Assembly: GCA_963675665.1 (NCBI GenBank)
Contig: OY776510.1
Coordinates: 1,024,001 to 1,088,000, forward strand
Direction: 5' to 3'
From: Spirochaetia bacterium
GTDB lineage: Bacteria; Spirochaetota; Spirochaetia; UBA9216
Length of the DNA: 64,000 nt
The notes below the pieces were generated by a model. That model was not told where the DNA came from, made no database searches, and worked only from the letters and a program-made list of their open reading frames with translations. Both the position numbers and the translations under genes were made by a program. Shown here one piece after another: positions 37,277 to 47,023 of this stretch (positions are counted from its first letter, which is position 1; the number at the start of each line of letters is the position of its first letter).

Positions 37277-39907
37277 ATGGTTACAGGACAGGATTCAATT
37301 GATTTTATGACCGGCGTTTTCAGCAGGGATGAAGCGCTTAAGATTAAAAAAAGGGTGGTTATAACCTATATTGTGGAAGGAGAAGACGGAGGGGCCTGGC
37401 AGCTGGTTGTTGACAACGGGACATTCGAGTTTACATCGGGCGACGGAATAACCCCGGTAACGGCAACCGTTACGTATAAAGATGCGGAGAGCTGTTACAA
37501 GCTGATTACGGGAGAGATGAGCGGGGTTAAAGGCTATGCCTCTGGCGCGATTAAATTCGAAGGCCCGGCCAATATTCTTGTCAGCCTTGGAAAGGTCTTT
37601 AATCCCAAAAACAAAGCCTCGTCGGCAAAGGGGCCGGTCCTGAAGGAAGGACCGGTGACCGGACAGGATTCCATCGATTTTATGACGGCAGTTTTCGACA
37701 GGGAGGAAGCGCTGAAACTGAAGAAAAAAGCGGTCCTAACTTACAGGGTTCCCGGAGAAACGGGCGGCTCCTGGCAGCTTCTAGTCGACAACGGCAGGTT
37801 TGAATTCCATAAAGGGGAAGATATCTCTCCGGTGAATGCCACGGTCGAATATAAAGACGTCGACAGCTTTTACAGGCTTGTTACAGGGCAGATGAGCGGC
37901 GTAAAGGGTTATGCTTCGGGTGCAATAAAGTTTGAAGGACCTGCGAACCTGCTGGTAAGCCTCGGGAAGGTTTTTCCACCGGAAAAGAAAAAGAAAGAGA
38001 AAAAAAAGAAAAAGGTCAAACACAGGAAAAAGGGAAAAGGCGGCCTCGGCGGTTACATGGGAAAAATCCTGAGAGTAGACCTGACTAACGAAGTCATCAC
38101 GGAAGAAAAGATAGACGAGAGTATTTTAAAATCCTATGTCGGCGGAACCGGGCTGGGCGTAAAGCTCCTTTATGACGAGGTCCCCGAAAGTGTTAACTGG
38201 GATGACCCTGCGAACCGTCTGATTTATACGACAGGGCCTTTTACCGGAACCAATGCGCCCGGATCAAGCGTATACACGGTATCCACGCGCGGGGCGCTTA
38301 CAAATATGTTTGTGGCATCTCATGCTAACGGGTTTTTTGGCGTCAAGCTTAAACAGGCCGGCGTGGACGGAATAATTTTTCAGGGTGTAGCCAAACGATG
38401 GGTGTACCTTTATATAAACGAAGGCAAGGCTGAACTTCGCGATGCAGAGCACCTTATCGGAAAGAATACCTGGGATACCGAGGACGCGCTTATGGAAGAG
38501 GTCGGTCAACCCAAAGCGGGTGTTTCATGTATCGGCCCTGCCGGTGAAAACGGCGTACGGTACGCCGGAATCTGTTCCGATAAAGGGCATATATGCTCCA
38601 CAAACGGCGTCGGCACGGTAATGGGTCAGAAAAAGGTCAAGGCCGTGGTAGCATACGGGAAACAGAAGGTCCCGATTTACGATGAAGAGCTGTTTAAGGA
38701 CCTAGTCAAGGAATGGTGGGAAGAAGCGTATGAAACCATGTGGGGGTTCATGATTCCGTCGCTGGGCACTAACGGACAGTACAAATCGTGTTACGAGGGC
38801 AGTTTTGTTCCGATTAAAAACCTTACCACTAACATCTTTCCCGATCACCCGAAGTTTGCCGGCGACGCCATGCGGGACTACTATAAAGGCAAACCCCGCC
38901 CGTGCGCAGCCTGCCGTTTTGCCCACATCCACACAATTGAACTCAAGTCCGGTCCGGGCAAGGGTCAGCTGGTCGAAGAAGCGGAATTCGAAGGCACCAA
39001 CGCCTTTGCGGGTCAGATATTTAACGGCGATGTCGATGCGTCGCAATGGCTGAACCATGTAAACGATATTCTCGGGATGGATGTCAAGGAACAGGCTTTT
39101 AATATCGGGCTGGTAATGGAGTGCTATGAAAAAGGCCTGCTGACGAAAAAAGACTGCAACGGGCTTGAGCTGAGCTGGGGCAACGTCGACGCGGTTGAGA
39201 AGCTTCTATACAAGATTGCAAACAGGGAAGAAGGCATCGGCGATCTGATGGCCGACGGGGTATACAAAGCGGCCCAAAAGATAGGCGGCGAGGCTCCGAA
39301 TTTTGCGGTGTATACGCATAAGGGAAACGCTCCGCATGTGCATGACGGACGAGGCATGTGGAGCATCGCATTTTCAATGGCTGTTTCCGATATGGGTTCC
39401 ATTCCTTCGGGAGATATGGGTGATGTAGGAGACCTGCTTGATACCATCGGCGCTGACGCCCTGGACCCGGAACAGGCTTTTTCCGGGGACTTGATTGCGA
39501 AAGGCCAGGCGATAACCGGCCGGCGCGGACATTTTATCGACTGCCTGGGAATTTGTATGTTTATTGCGGGAGTCCAGTTTACTACTATCGCAACAATGCT
39601 TAATACTATAACGGGCTGGGATTACGACTGGAGGAACTGTGTAACTGTCGGCGAGCGTGTAATGAATATGATGAGGTCTTACAATGTCCGCTGCGGCCAC
39701 ACAAGAGAGTATAATACACTTTCACCCAGGCTTCTGCAGGCGCCTGTTAACGGCGCGGCTGAGGGTATTTCAATCGCCCCGGAATTCGATAAAATGATCG
39801 ATATATACTACGACATGATGGGCTGGGACCCCGACGGTAAACCGCTGCCCGCGACCCTGAAAAAACTGGGTCTTAAGGACGTGGCCAAAGAACTGGCCCT
39901 GAAATAA
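37277..39907 (+). CDS. aor: Aldehyde:ferredoxin oxidoreductase (W/Mo AOR family) with two N-terminal SCP2 sterol-carrier domains
   Basis: Two ~110-aa repeats (GG-WQL-VDNG...L-TG-MSGVKGYASGAIKFEG), a Lys-rich linker, then GGYMGKILRVDL, IGPAGE, G-VMGQK, C-x2-C, DILGMD, DCLGICMF and YYDMMGWD. Confidence 0.9.
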   Translation: MVTGQDSIDFMTGVFSRDEALKIKKRVVITYIVEGEDGGAWQLVVDNGTFEFTSGDGITPVTATVTYKDAESCYKLITGEMSGVKGYASGAIKFEGPANILVSLGKVFNPKNKASSAKGPVLKEGPVTGQDSIDFMTAVFDREEALKLKKKAVLTYRVPGETGGSWQLLVDNGRFEFHKGEDISPVNATVEYKDVDSFYRLVTGQMSGVKGYASGAIKFEGPANLLVSLGKVFPPEKKKKEKKKKKVKHRKKGKGGLGGYMGKILRVDLTNEVITEEKIDESILKSYVGGTGLGVKLLYDEVPESVNWDDPANRLIYTTGPFTGTNAPGSSVYTVSTRGALTNMFVASHANGFFGVKLKQAGVDGIIFQGVAKRWVYLYINEGKAELRDAEHLIGKNTWDTEDALMEEVGQPKAGVSCIGPAGENGVRYAGICSDKGHICSTNGVGTVMGQKKVKAVVAYGKQKVPIYDEELFKDLVKEWWEEAYETMWGFMIPSLGTNGQYKSCYEGSFVPIKNLTTNIFPDHPKFAGDAMRDYYKGKPRPCAACRFAHIHTIELKSGPGKGQLVEEAEFEGTNAFAGQIFNGDVDASQWLNHVNDILGMDVKEQAFNIGLVMECYEKGLLTKKDCNGLELSWGNVDAVEKLLYKIANREEGIGDLMADGVYKAAQKIGGEAPNFAVYTHKGNAPHVHDGRGMWSIAFSMAVSDMGSIPSGDMGDVGDLLDTIGADALDPEQAFSGDLIAKGQAITGRRGHFIDCLGICMFIAGVQFTTIATMLNTITGWDYDWRNCVTVGERVMNMMRSYNVRCGHTREYNTLSPRLLQAPVNGAAEGISIAPEFDKMIDIYYDMMGWDPDGKPLPATLKKLGLKDVAKELALK
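37280..37976 (+). repeat. Intragenic tandem duplication encoding the two SCP2 domains
   Basis: VTGQDSIDFMT...LVSLGKVF occurs twice (about 37280-37600 and 37655-37976); ATGAGCGG-GT-AA-GG-TATGC-TC-GG is conserved at DNA level. Confidence 0.85.
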
Positions 39908-39921
39908 GCCGGTAATCACTT

Positions 39922-40218
39922 ATGGTGAAAATTGAACTGTATCCTCCCCTGTCTTTCAGGTTTACATCAAAAAAAGTCGGGACTTTTGTGCTGGATATAG
40001 AAATAAACAGGGGAGAGACTCTGTCCGATCTGCTGTTACGCCTGACCCGGGAGAACCGGGAGGCCTGGGAAAATCTGTTTAATATAAAAACGGGCAGAAT
40101 GAAGGGGCCCGTAAGAACTGTTGTAAACGGGACGGCGTTGCCGTCATCCGCGCTTGAGGAAACAAAACTGTCAGATAATGATCATATAGTTTTTATGATC
40201 ATTATCGGCGGAGGATAA
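39922..40218 (+). CDS. MoaD/ThiS family sulfur-carrier protein
   Basis: Ubiquitin-like size, VNG motif, C-terminal GG; next to AOR. Confidence 0.88.
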   Translation: MVKIELYPPLSFRFTSKKVGTFVLDIEINRGETLSDLLLRLTRENREAWENLFNIKTGRMKGPVRTVVNGTALPSSALEETKLSDNDHIVFMIIIGGG

Positions 40219-41400
40219 GTGGTCAGAAGAAAAGCTGCAGATATGATGAAAGGAAAACATGCCTCCCCTCCGGAATTGACCCTACGGAAGCTATATATAG
40301 AACCGACAAACAGATGTAATCTGAACTGCCGCACCTGTATCCGTAACGACTGGAATGAAGCCGCCGGGACAATGTCTGAAGCTGTTTTTGACAGAATAAT
40401 CGGGGGGCTTTCATCCTTTACTCCCGGGCCTACTGTTTTTTTCGGTGGTTTCGGCGAACCGCTGAGCCACCCTGATATTGTCGGAATGATTAAACGGGCA
40501 AAGGACCAGGGTTCCCGGGTTGAAATGATCTCCAACGGGACCCTGCTGACGACAGACATGTCCCGAAAACTGATTGCCGCCGGCTTGGATCTGCTGTGGA
40601 TTTCCATTGACGGCGCGTCCGCCGAGAGCTACGCTGATATTCGCCTGGGAGCGGAACTGCCGGGAGTAGTCGAAAACGTTAAAGCCTTCTTCGGCATACT
40701 GGAAAGTCAGTTTGCCGTTAATACCTGCGGTGCTGTCCCTCTTGCTGTAACGGAGATAGGTATTGCTTTTGTGGCAATGAAACGTAATATTGCGGATTTG
40801 CCTGCGGTGATGGAGATAGCAAGGGGAATTGGGGCGGCTCATTTTCTTGTTACGAATCTTCTGCCGTATACGGCCGGGATGTGCGATGAAATATTATACA
40901 ATAAAACCCTGTCCCTGGCTCTGAACCCGGAGCCCCGTCCCGTTTTGAGAATACCGATGATGGATATAACCGAAACTACCCGCGGCCCTCTGGTTTCAGC
41001 CCTAAACTACGGCCGCTCAATCCGGGTAAGCGGGTATAATCTTGATGCTGCGAAGAATAGATGTCAGTTTATAGAGGACGGCGTCGGGGCTTTCGGCTGG
41101 AACGGGGATTTCAGCCCCTGCCTTCCGCTTATGCATGATCATGACAGCTATTATCAGGAACGAAAACGAAGGTCACGCCGCTGGGTTATTGGAAATATCA
41201 GGGATACATGTCTGAAGGATCTCTGGAATTCCGGCGAACACCTGGCTTTCCGTAAAAAAGTCCATGAATTTGATTTTGCCCCCTGCGTATACTGCGGGGG
41301 CTGTGACCTGGCCGATGAAAACGAGGAAGACTGTGAAGGTAATGTTTTTCCGACATGCGGCGGGTGTTTATGGGCACAGGGTGTTATACAATGTCCATAG
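40219..41400 (+). CDS. Radical SAM/SPASM protein, tungsten-cofactor oxidoreductase maturase-like
   Basis: CNLNCRTC, GGFGEPL, C-terminal CVYCGGC...C...CGGCLWA; downstream of aor-moaD. Confidence 0.85.
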   Translation: MVRRKAADMMKGKHASPPELTLRKLYIEPTNRCNLNCRTCIRNDWNEAAGTMSEAVFDRIIGGLSSFTPGPTVFFGGFGEPLSHPDIVGMIKRAKDQGSRVEMISNGTLLTTDMSRKLIAAGLDLLWISIDGASAESYADIRLGAELPGVVENVKAFFGILESQFAVNTCGAVPLAVTEIGIAFVAMKRNIADLPAVMEIARGIGAAHFLVTNLLPYTAGMCDEILYNKTLSLALNPEPRPVLRIPMMDITETTRGPLVSALNYGRSIRVSGYNLDAAKNRCQFIEDGVGAFGWNGDFSPCLPLMHDHDSYYQERKRRSRRWVIGNIRDTCLKDLWNSGEHLAFRKKVHEFDFAPCVYCGGCDLADENEEDCEGNVFPTCGGCLWAQGVIQCP

Positions 41401-41429
41401 TAATTCAGGGTATGAAACAGAAAATTTTG

Positions 41430-42149
41430 TCAGCGTCCTTCCGGATGAAAAACATATCCTCTTGACCTGACATTTACAAAGTAAACAGGTTTCGACGGTT
41501 CCGGTTCAAAGTACTTTCTTAACCTCATTATAAAATTATCTACGGTTCGCGTATCTGTTTCCGAATTAACTTGCCACACCTGGTTAAGAAGCTCTTCTCT
41601 TGTGATAACCTGATCGCTATTGTCTACAAAATATTTAAGAAGCGCGCCTTCAAGGGGAGTCAGTCTGGATAAGCCTTTTCCGGACTCGCAGGTAAGATTT
41701 TTAAAATTTATGTGATTGCCGTTGAAACTGTATTCGGATTGAGCAAGAAGACTCTTCCTGTACCAGGCTTTTCTTTTCAGCATACCCTTAACCCTGAGAA
41801 GCAATTCTTCAAGATGAAAGGGCTTTGTCAGGTAATCATCTGCCCCAAAAGCAAGGCCTTTAATCTTGTCCTGAGGCGCGGTTCTGGCAGAAAGAAAAAG
41901 CACAGGAAGGGTCGGGGTACGGGTCCTGATATCTTTTATAACTTCAAATCCGTTTAAAAACGGCAGCATTATATCAAGAATGACCAGATCAACCTCTGCC
42001 CTGCCCAACAGTTCCAGGGCTTTTCTTCCGTTCTCTGCACGCAGGACCCTATACCCTTCTTCTTCAAGATTATATTCAAGACCTGCTGCAAGGCTTTCTT
42101 CATCTTCAACAAGGAGAATATTATAACAAGGATTATTATTTTTATCCAA
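41430..42149 (-). CDS. OmpR/PhoB family response regulator
   Basis: LLVEDE, ILDIMLP, GADDYLTKPF, RTVDNFI-RLRK, VRSRGY. TTG 42149 after AGGAGG is preferred over 42179. Confidence 0.93.
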   Translation of the reverse strand: MDKNNNPCYNILLVEDEESLAAGLEYNLEEEGYRVLRAENGRKALELLGRAEVDLVILDIMLPFLNGFEVIKDIRTRTPTLPVLFLSARTAPQDKIKGLAFGADDYLTKPFHLEELLLRVKGMLKRKAWYRKSLLAQSEYSFNGNHINFKNLTCESGKGLSRLTPLEGALLKYFVDNSDQVITREELLNQVWQVNSETDTRTVDNFIMRLRKYFEPEPSKPVYFVNVRSRGYVFHPEGR

Positions 42150-43137
42150 AGTTTTGCAACCCTCCTGCTGATAATCCACTCAGCTTCTTTTCCGCCGGCA
42201 GTTCTATTTTAAAGCTTGTTCCGCTGGTTTGTGGTTTTTTTTGAATGGAAATTTTTCCGTTATGAATTTTCAATATTTCGCGGCACCAGTAAAGGCCCAG
42301 GCCGGTTCCTTTTACTGACGGACTGTCAGGTCTTTTTATCCGTGTAAATTTATTAAAAACGGCTTTTCTTTCCTTATCAGATATGCCTATCCCTTCATCA
42401 GAGAATATAATAATAAACTTTTTTTTATTATGTTCCAGTTTGATGTTTATTCTGACCGGGGGGTCCGAATACTTGATGGAATTGTCCGTTAAATTATTTA
42501 AAACGGTTGCCAATCCCGAAGGATCTATTTTTATATGGCATTCTGTGCAACCTTCTATGGCTATATTATTTTCATTTAATCTGAACTGGTTATAGATCTC
42601 TTTGACAAGATTTCTTACAGTGTCGTCTGCAGGCAGGAGTTCAGGTTCAAAAAAATCGCCTTTATTGTCAAGGATCGAAATTTCCAGAATTGATCCAATC
42701 AGTTTATTCAATCGTTGTGTATCGTCGGCAAGACGTGAAAGGAACTCGATGTACTTTTCTTTCGTAAGCTGATGCCGCTGTAAGGTTTCGATTCCCAGCT
42801 GAATGGAAGCTAACGGTGATTTTAGTTCATGTGTAACATTGGCAATAAATCCGTCGTAGATTCGATTTACAGCAGTCTGACGTATTAACCGGACAAAAAT
42901 GAAAATTAATCCTGTAGATATCAGCAGGATAAGGAGAAGTCCGTAAATGAAAAGGTCGGTTCCATTATTGCGAAGCATAAGATCAGGATTAATCAGATTG
43001 GCGAGGTTGGTGTAGATGACATCATTCGATACGAACCAGAAAATCCAGAAACCAAGTAGTGCAAAACATGAAAGCTGGACAATTGTAAAGAGGGCAATCG
43101 AGTATTTGAGATAGATTTTTCCCTTCATTATTTCCAT
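42142..43137 (-). CDS. Membrane sensor histidine kinase (2 TM, short extracytoplasmic loop)
   Basis: THELKSPL, NLTDNSIKYS, DEGIG, GTGLGL. Confidence 0.93.
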   Translation of the reverse strand: MEIMKGKIYLKYSIALFTIVQLSCFALLGFWIFWFVSNDVIYTNLANLINPDLMLRNNGTDLFIYGLLLILLISTGLIFIFVRLIRQTAVNRIYDGFIANVTHELKSPLASIQLGIETLQRHQLTKEKYIEFLSRLADDTQRLNKLIGSILEISILDNKGDFFEPELLPADDTVRNLVKEIYNQFRLNENNIAIEGCTECHIKIDPSGLATVLNNLTDNSIKYSDPPVRINIKLEHNKKKFIIIFSDEGIGISDKERKAVFNKFTRIKRPDSPSVKGTGLGLYWCREILKIHNGKISIQKKPQTSGTSFKIELPAEKKLSGLSAGGLQNFG

Positions 43138-43140
43138 AGC

Positions 43141-43187
43141 TCTTTTACACTTCTTTTACACTGCCTTTTTATCAACAGGGTTATAAT
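43141..43187 (+). promoter_or_regulatory. OmpR-type tandem binding site and -10 box of the radical SAM gene
   Basis: TCTTTTACAC repeated with 11-bp period (43141-50, 43152-61), followed by TATAAT (43182-87). Confidence 0.65.
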
Positions 43188-43224
43188 TTAAATATAACAC
43201 ATAACAGACAGGGAGAATCATTAA

Positions 43225-44706
43225 ATGAAAGTATTGTTAATATATCCGGAATTTCCACCGACATTCTGGAGTTTTAAATATGTGCTTCAATTTATTGCAA
43301 AAAAGGCATCCGAGCCGCCGTTGGGATTGTTAACAGTTGCGGCTATGCTTCCGGAAGCGTGGGAGAAAAAACTGGTTAATCTGAACACAGGAAAACTCAC
43401 TAAAACTGATATTCAATGGGCGGACCTTGTTTTTATAAGCGGAATGGATATTCAGAGAAAATCTTTCGAAAGAGCAATAGAAAAGTGTAATGAATCAGGA
43501 GTAAAAGTAGCTGCAGGCGGCCCCATGGTAACCGAGGATCATGAAAGCTTCTCCGGAGTTGATTACTTTATTCTGAATGAAGCAGAGCTGACCTTGAGCC
43601 GGTTTATTGAAGACCTGCAGAACGGCTGTCCCTCAAAAGTTTATGCAAGCAGTGAGTTTGCGGATCTTTCAAAAACACCATCGCCGGACTGGAGTCTTCT
43701 TAAAATGAAAAATTATGCCAGTATGGATATTCAGTATTCCAGGGGATGCCCCTTTAATTGCGATTTTTGCAGTATAACGGCGCTTTTTGGTCATAAGCCG
43801 CGGGTAAAAGAGACTTCCCAGTTTATAAATGAGCTGGATTCCTTGTATGAGTCAGGCTGGCGCGGATCTGTTTTTATAGTGGATGACAATTTTATTGGAA
43901 ATAAAAAACGACTGAAAGAAGATATGCTGCCTGCTCTGATAGCCTGGCAGAAAGCTGCCAAATATCCGTTTACTTTTACAACAGAGGTTTCTATTAATTT
44001 ATCCGATGATGAAATGCTTATGGATTTAATGACACAGGCAGGGTTTCATTCCTGTTTTGTCGGAATTGAATCGCCCGAGGATCAGAGCCTTAATGAATGC
44101 GGCAAGATCCAGAATCAGAAAAGAGACCTGGTTGAATCAGTTAAAACCATGCAGAGAAATGGTTTTAACGTCATGGGTGGGTTCATTGTAGGTTTTGACA
44201 GTGATCCGGATGATATATTTGAAAAACAGGCGAATTTTATCAAAAAAAGCGGAATCGTAACAGCCATGGTCGGTTTGCTGAATGCTCCGCTCGGTACAAG
44301 ACTCTATCGCCGGCTTGAAGCGGATAATCGGATTCTCAATGAATTCACCGGGGACAACACCGACGGAAGTTTAAACTTTATTCCCAGAATGAATGTTAAC
44401 CGGCTTAAGGACGGTTATAAAAATCTAGTTAATACAATCTATTCTCCTAAGGTTTATTTTGAAAGAATTAAAATGTTCTTGTTTGAATACCGGACACCGG
44501 AAGTTCCGGTGAATAACACGTCGTTTTATGATCTCAGGACGCTGTTCCTGACGGTTTTCCGCCTGGGGGTTTTTCGAAAAAACGGAAAAAGATATTTTTG
44601 GAAGCTTTTTGGACATACATTGCGGAATTATCCTAATAAAATCGGAATTGCACTAACTATGGCTGTTTACGGATATCATTTCCAGAAGGTTGCTGATTCT
44701 ATTTGA
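43225..44706 (+). CDS. B12-binding radical SAM protein with DUF4070-like C-terminus
   Basis: PPLGLLTVAAMLP, GGP, RGCPFNCDFC, VDDNFIGN, GFIVGFD. Confidence 0.9.
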   Translation: MKVLLIYPEFPPTFWSFKYVLQFIAKKASEPPLGLLTVAAMLPEAWEKKLVNLNTGKLTKTDIQWADLVFISGMDIQRKSFERAIEKCNESGVKVAAGGPMVTEDHESFSGVDYFILNEAELTLSRFIEDLQNGCPSKVYASSEFADLSKTPSPDWSLLKMKNYASMDIQYSRGCPFNCDFCSITALFGHKPRVKETSQFINELDSLYESGWRGSVFIVDDNFIGNKKRLKEDMLPALIAWQKAAKYPFTFTTEVSINLSDDEMLMDLMTQAGFHSCFVGIESPEDQSLNECGKIQNQKRDLVESVKTMQRNGFNVMGGFIVGFDSDPDDIFEKQANFIKKSGIVTAMVGLLNAPLGTRLYRRLEADNRILNEFTGDNTDGSLNFIPRMNVNRLKDGYKNLVNTIYSPKVYFERIKMFLFEYRTPEVPVNNTSFYDLRTLFLTVFRLGVFRKNGKRYFWKLFGHTLRNYPNKIGIALTMAVYGYHFQKVADSI

Positions 44707-44806
44707 GGTGTCAGTAAAAGCAATCTTCCGCTACATAATCGGGAATTCATTATCGGGTTAGTTTTTATTTGAGAATTTCTGATTGGGATTTATGATATAA
44801 TGAATT

Positions 44807-45610
44807 ATGAAAGAGGCCGTGGTTTATTATTTCTCGGGTTCCGGAAATTCTTATTATATCGCTAAAGAAATAGCCGGAAAAATTAATGCGGAAATCTATC
44901 CGGTAAGGCTTCTGGAAAATCCTGATAAAATTAAAATCGACTGTACGACAGTCGGATTTGTTTTTCCTGTTTATGATTTTAAACCGCCGGCATATGTAAT
45001 AGAATGTATAAAAAATATTATGATTAAAGACAATACATTTCTGTTTTGCGTTGCAAACTACGGTTTATCTGCCGGCAAGACAATTGAATTCTTTAAGAAA
45101 AGTATCGAATCAGACAATATTAATCTGTCGGCCGGATATACGGTAGCAATGCCTCATAACGGAATATGTTCCAGCCTGGTTGCAGAAAAGCATAGACAGA
45201 AGGTTCTGAATACTTCAGAAGCGAAAATAAAAGAGATCAGCGATAAAATTAATAGAAAAGAGCAAAATTTTAAATATAAACATTTCTTACCGGCAGATGT
45301 CTTTAAAGCGGGAATAATAAGAATGTTTCCCGGTCTGTTGAAGTTTATTTTTATATTGATCACAAAAGGTATTGATGTGCTGGCTTTCAGGGTTGAAGAT
45401 TCCTGTAACGGTTGCGGTATATGCAGTTGTGTTTGTCCTGTAAACAATATTAAAATAGTAGAAAATGTGCCTGTCTGGAGCGACAGATGCGCCGGCTGTT
45501 TCGGGTGTCTTCACTGGTGTCCCGAAAAAGCAATTACCCCGGGAGGTTATGAGATGAACATAAAACACTATCATCATCCCGGGGTTAAGGCCAAAGAATT
45601 GTCCCTGTAA
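44807..45610 (+). CDS. EFR1-family flavodoxin/ferredoxin protein
   Basis: YFSGSGNS, FPVY, two CxxCxxCxxxCP motifs, HYHHP tail. Confidence 0.88.
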   Translation: MKEAVVYYFSGSGNSYYIAKEIAGKINAEIYPVRLLENPDKIKIDCTTVGFVFPVYDFKPPAYVIECIKNIMIKDNTFLFCVANYGLSAGKTIEFFKKSIESDNINLSAGYTVAMPHNGICSSLVAEKHRQKVLNTSEAKIKEISDKINRKEQNFKYKHFLPADVFKAGIIRMFPGLLKFIFILITKGIDVLAFRVEDSCNGCGICSCVCPVNNIKIVENVPVWSDRCAGCFGCLHWCPEKAITPGGYEMNIKHYHHPGVKAKELSL

Positions 45611-45687
45611 CAGTGTCAGGTTCAGTTTGTGTTTTTATGGCTTCTGGAAATATTCCCGGAGCTTTAACATGTATTAAGGGGTGGTCT

Positions 45688-46944
45688 TTGCAAAAACTAA
45701 ATATTAAACATCTTTCTGTTTATACTGTAATACTGGCAATTGCTGTATTGTTTTCAGGTCTTGATTTATCGGCATTCGGGTATGAAAATTTTATTCGGAT
45801 ATTTAAAAAAATCACTTTTATAGTTCCATTGTTGTTTATAATTTCAGCTTTTCTTGCTTTCAAGATCTCGGAAACCAGAATTGTTCTGATTTCGCTATCC
45901 TTTCTTGTTCTGTCGCTTTCTGAACAGCTTATTCCGATTCTGTCGAATATTGCTGTTACGGGACGTTTTGCTGCCCTTGATAAGCTGGTTGCTCCTGAAC
46001 TGCTGCGGGAGTTCTTTGCCTTGCTTCCCTTATTATTCCCGTTTACCATAAGCCTGGTTTTTCTGGTTCCTGACAGGATTGCAGGAAAATCAACAATCAT
46101 TTTAAGGATTTTTCTGGCGATCTTGCCGGTGGTCCTGTTTATGCTTCAGAATCATTTTGAATATCAGTTTTTTGATAAATTCCGTTTCGGCGGGTATATG
46201 CTGCCGTGGCCGGGAATAGTTACTGCTCTTCTGCCGGTCGCCGTCGCCGGTTTATACAAAGACAGACGTTTTAAAACATTTTCAGCTGCGCTGACATATG
46301 CACTGATTATTATCATGATGCCGGGTATTTTTTTACGAAGCGGATTTCCGGCAGAACTGAGTGTGCTTTTAGCGGGGATGATTCTTCTTCATGCGCTGTA
46401 CAGGGTATACTGGGAAAATTCATATATTGATGAGTTAACCGGATTGCATAACCGGAGGGCCCTGGATGAAAAGCTTGGAAGGCTGAGAAGCAGGTATGTT
46501 TTGTCTATGGTTGATGTTGATCATTTCAAGAACTTTAACGACACATACGGACATGAGGAGGGAGACAATGTATTGAGGCTTGTCTCAAGAATTCTGTTTC
46601 TTAATTTTGGAAATTGTGCCTACAGATATGGTGGAGAGGAGTTTTGTGTTGTTTTTTCAGGGACAAATGTTGAAACAGCCGCGGAAAAGATGAATCGGGC
46701 CAGGGCGGATATAGAGGAACACAAGTTTTCTATAAGAAGTAAAACAAAAAAGAGAAAAAAAGCAGATCGTAAAACCACCGGAAAAAGGGTCAGGAAGGTA
46801 AGTTTAACCGTAAGCGCCGGAGTTGCGGTGCCTGTAAAATCAACCCGTGATGCAGCTGAAGTCCTGAAAAATGCCGATAAGGCCCTGTATAAAGCGAAAG
46901 AGAACGGACGAAACTGTGTAGTTATTAATAAAAGCAGGACATAA
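45688..46944 (+). CDS. Membrane-bound diguanylate cyclase (GGDEF domain)
   Basis: About 8 TM; DELTGLHNRR, DVDHFKNFNDTYGH, RYGGEEF, ADKALYKAKENGRN. TTG 45688 after AAGGGG is preferred. Confidence 0.9.
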   Translation: MQKLNIKHLSVYTVILAIAVLFSGLDLSAFGYENFIRIFKKITFIVPLLFIISAFLAFKISETRIVLISLSFLVLSLSEQLIPILSNIAVTGRFAALDKLVAPELLREFFALLPLLFPFTISLVFLVPDRIAGKSTIILRIFLAILPVVLFMLQNHFEYQFFDKFRFGGYMLPWPGIVTALLPVAVAGLYKDRRFKTFSAALTYALIIIMMPGIFLRSGFPAELSVLLAGMILLHALYRVYWENSYIDELTGLHNRRALDEKLGRLRSRYVLSMVDVDHFKNFNDTYGHEEGDNVLRLVSRILFLNFGNCAYRYGGEEFCVVFSGTNVETAAEKMNRARADIEEHKFSIRSKTKKRKKADRKTTGKRVRKVSLTVSAGVAVPVKSTRDAAEVLKNADKALYKAKENGRNCVVINKSRT

Positions 46945-47023
46945 ACCGCAATTACCCGGTTGCAATGATGCTGCAAACATGATATTTTATACAATATCCA
47001 ATAACCAATAAAGAGAGCAAATT

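Noticed and set aside
43138-43224. Possible cobalamin riboswitch before the B12 radical SAM gene
   Set aside because: The region is too short and has no B12-box; the tandem repeat and -10 box explain it.
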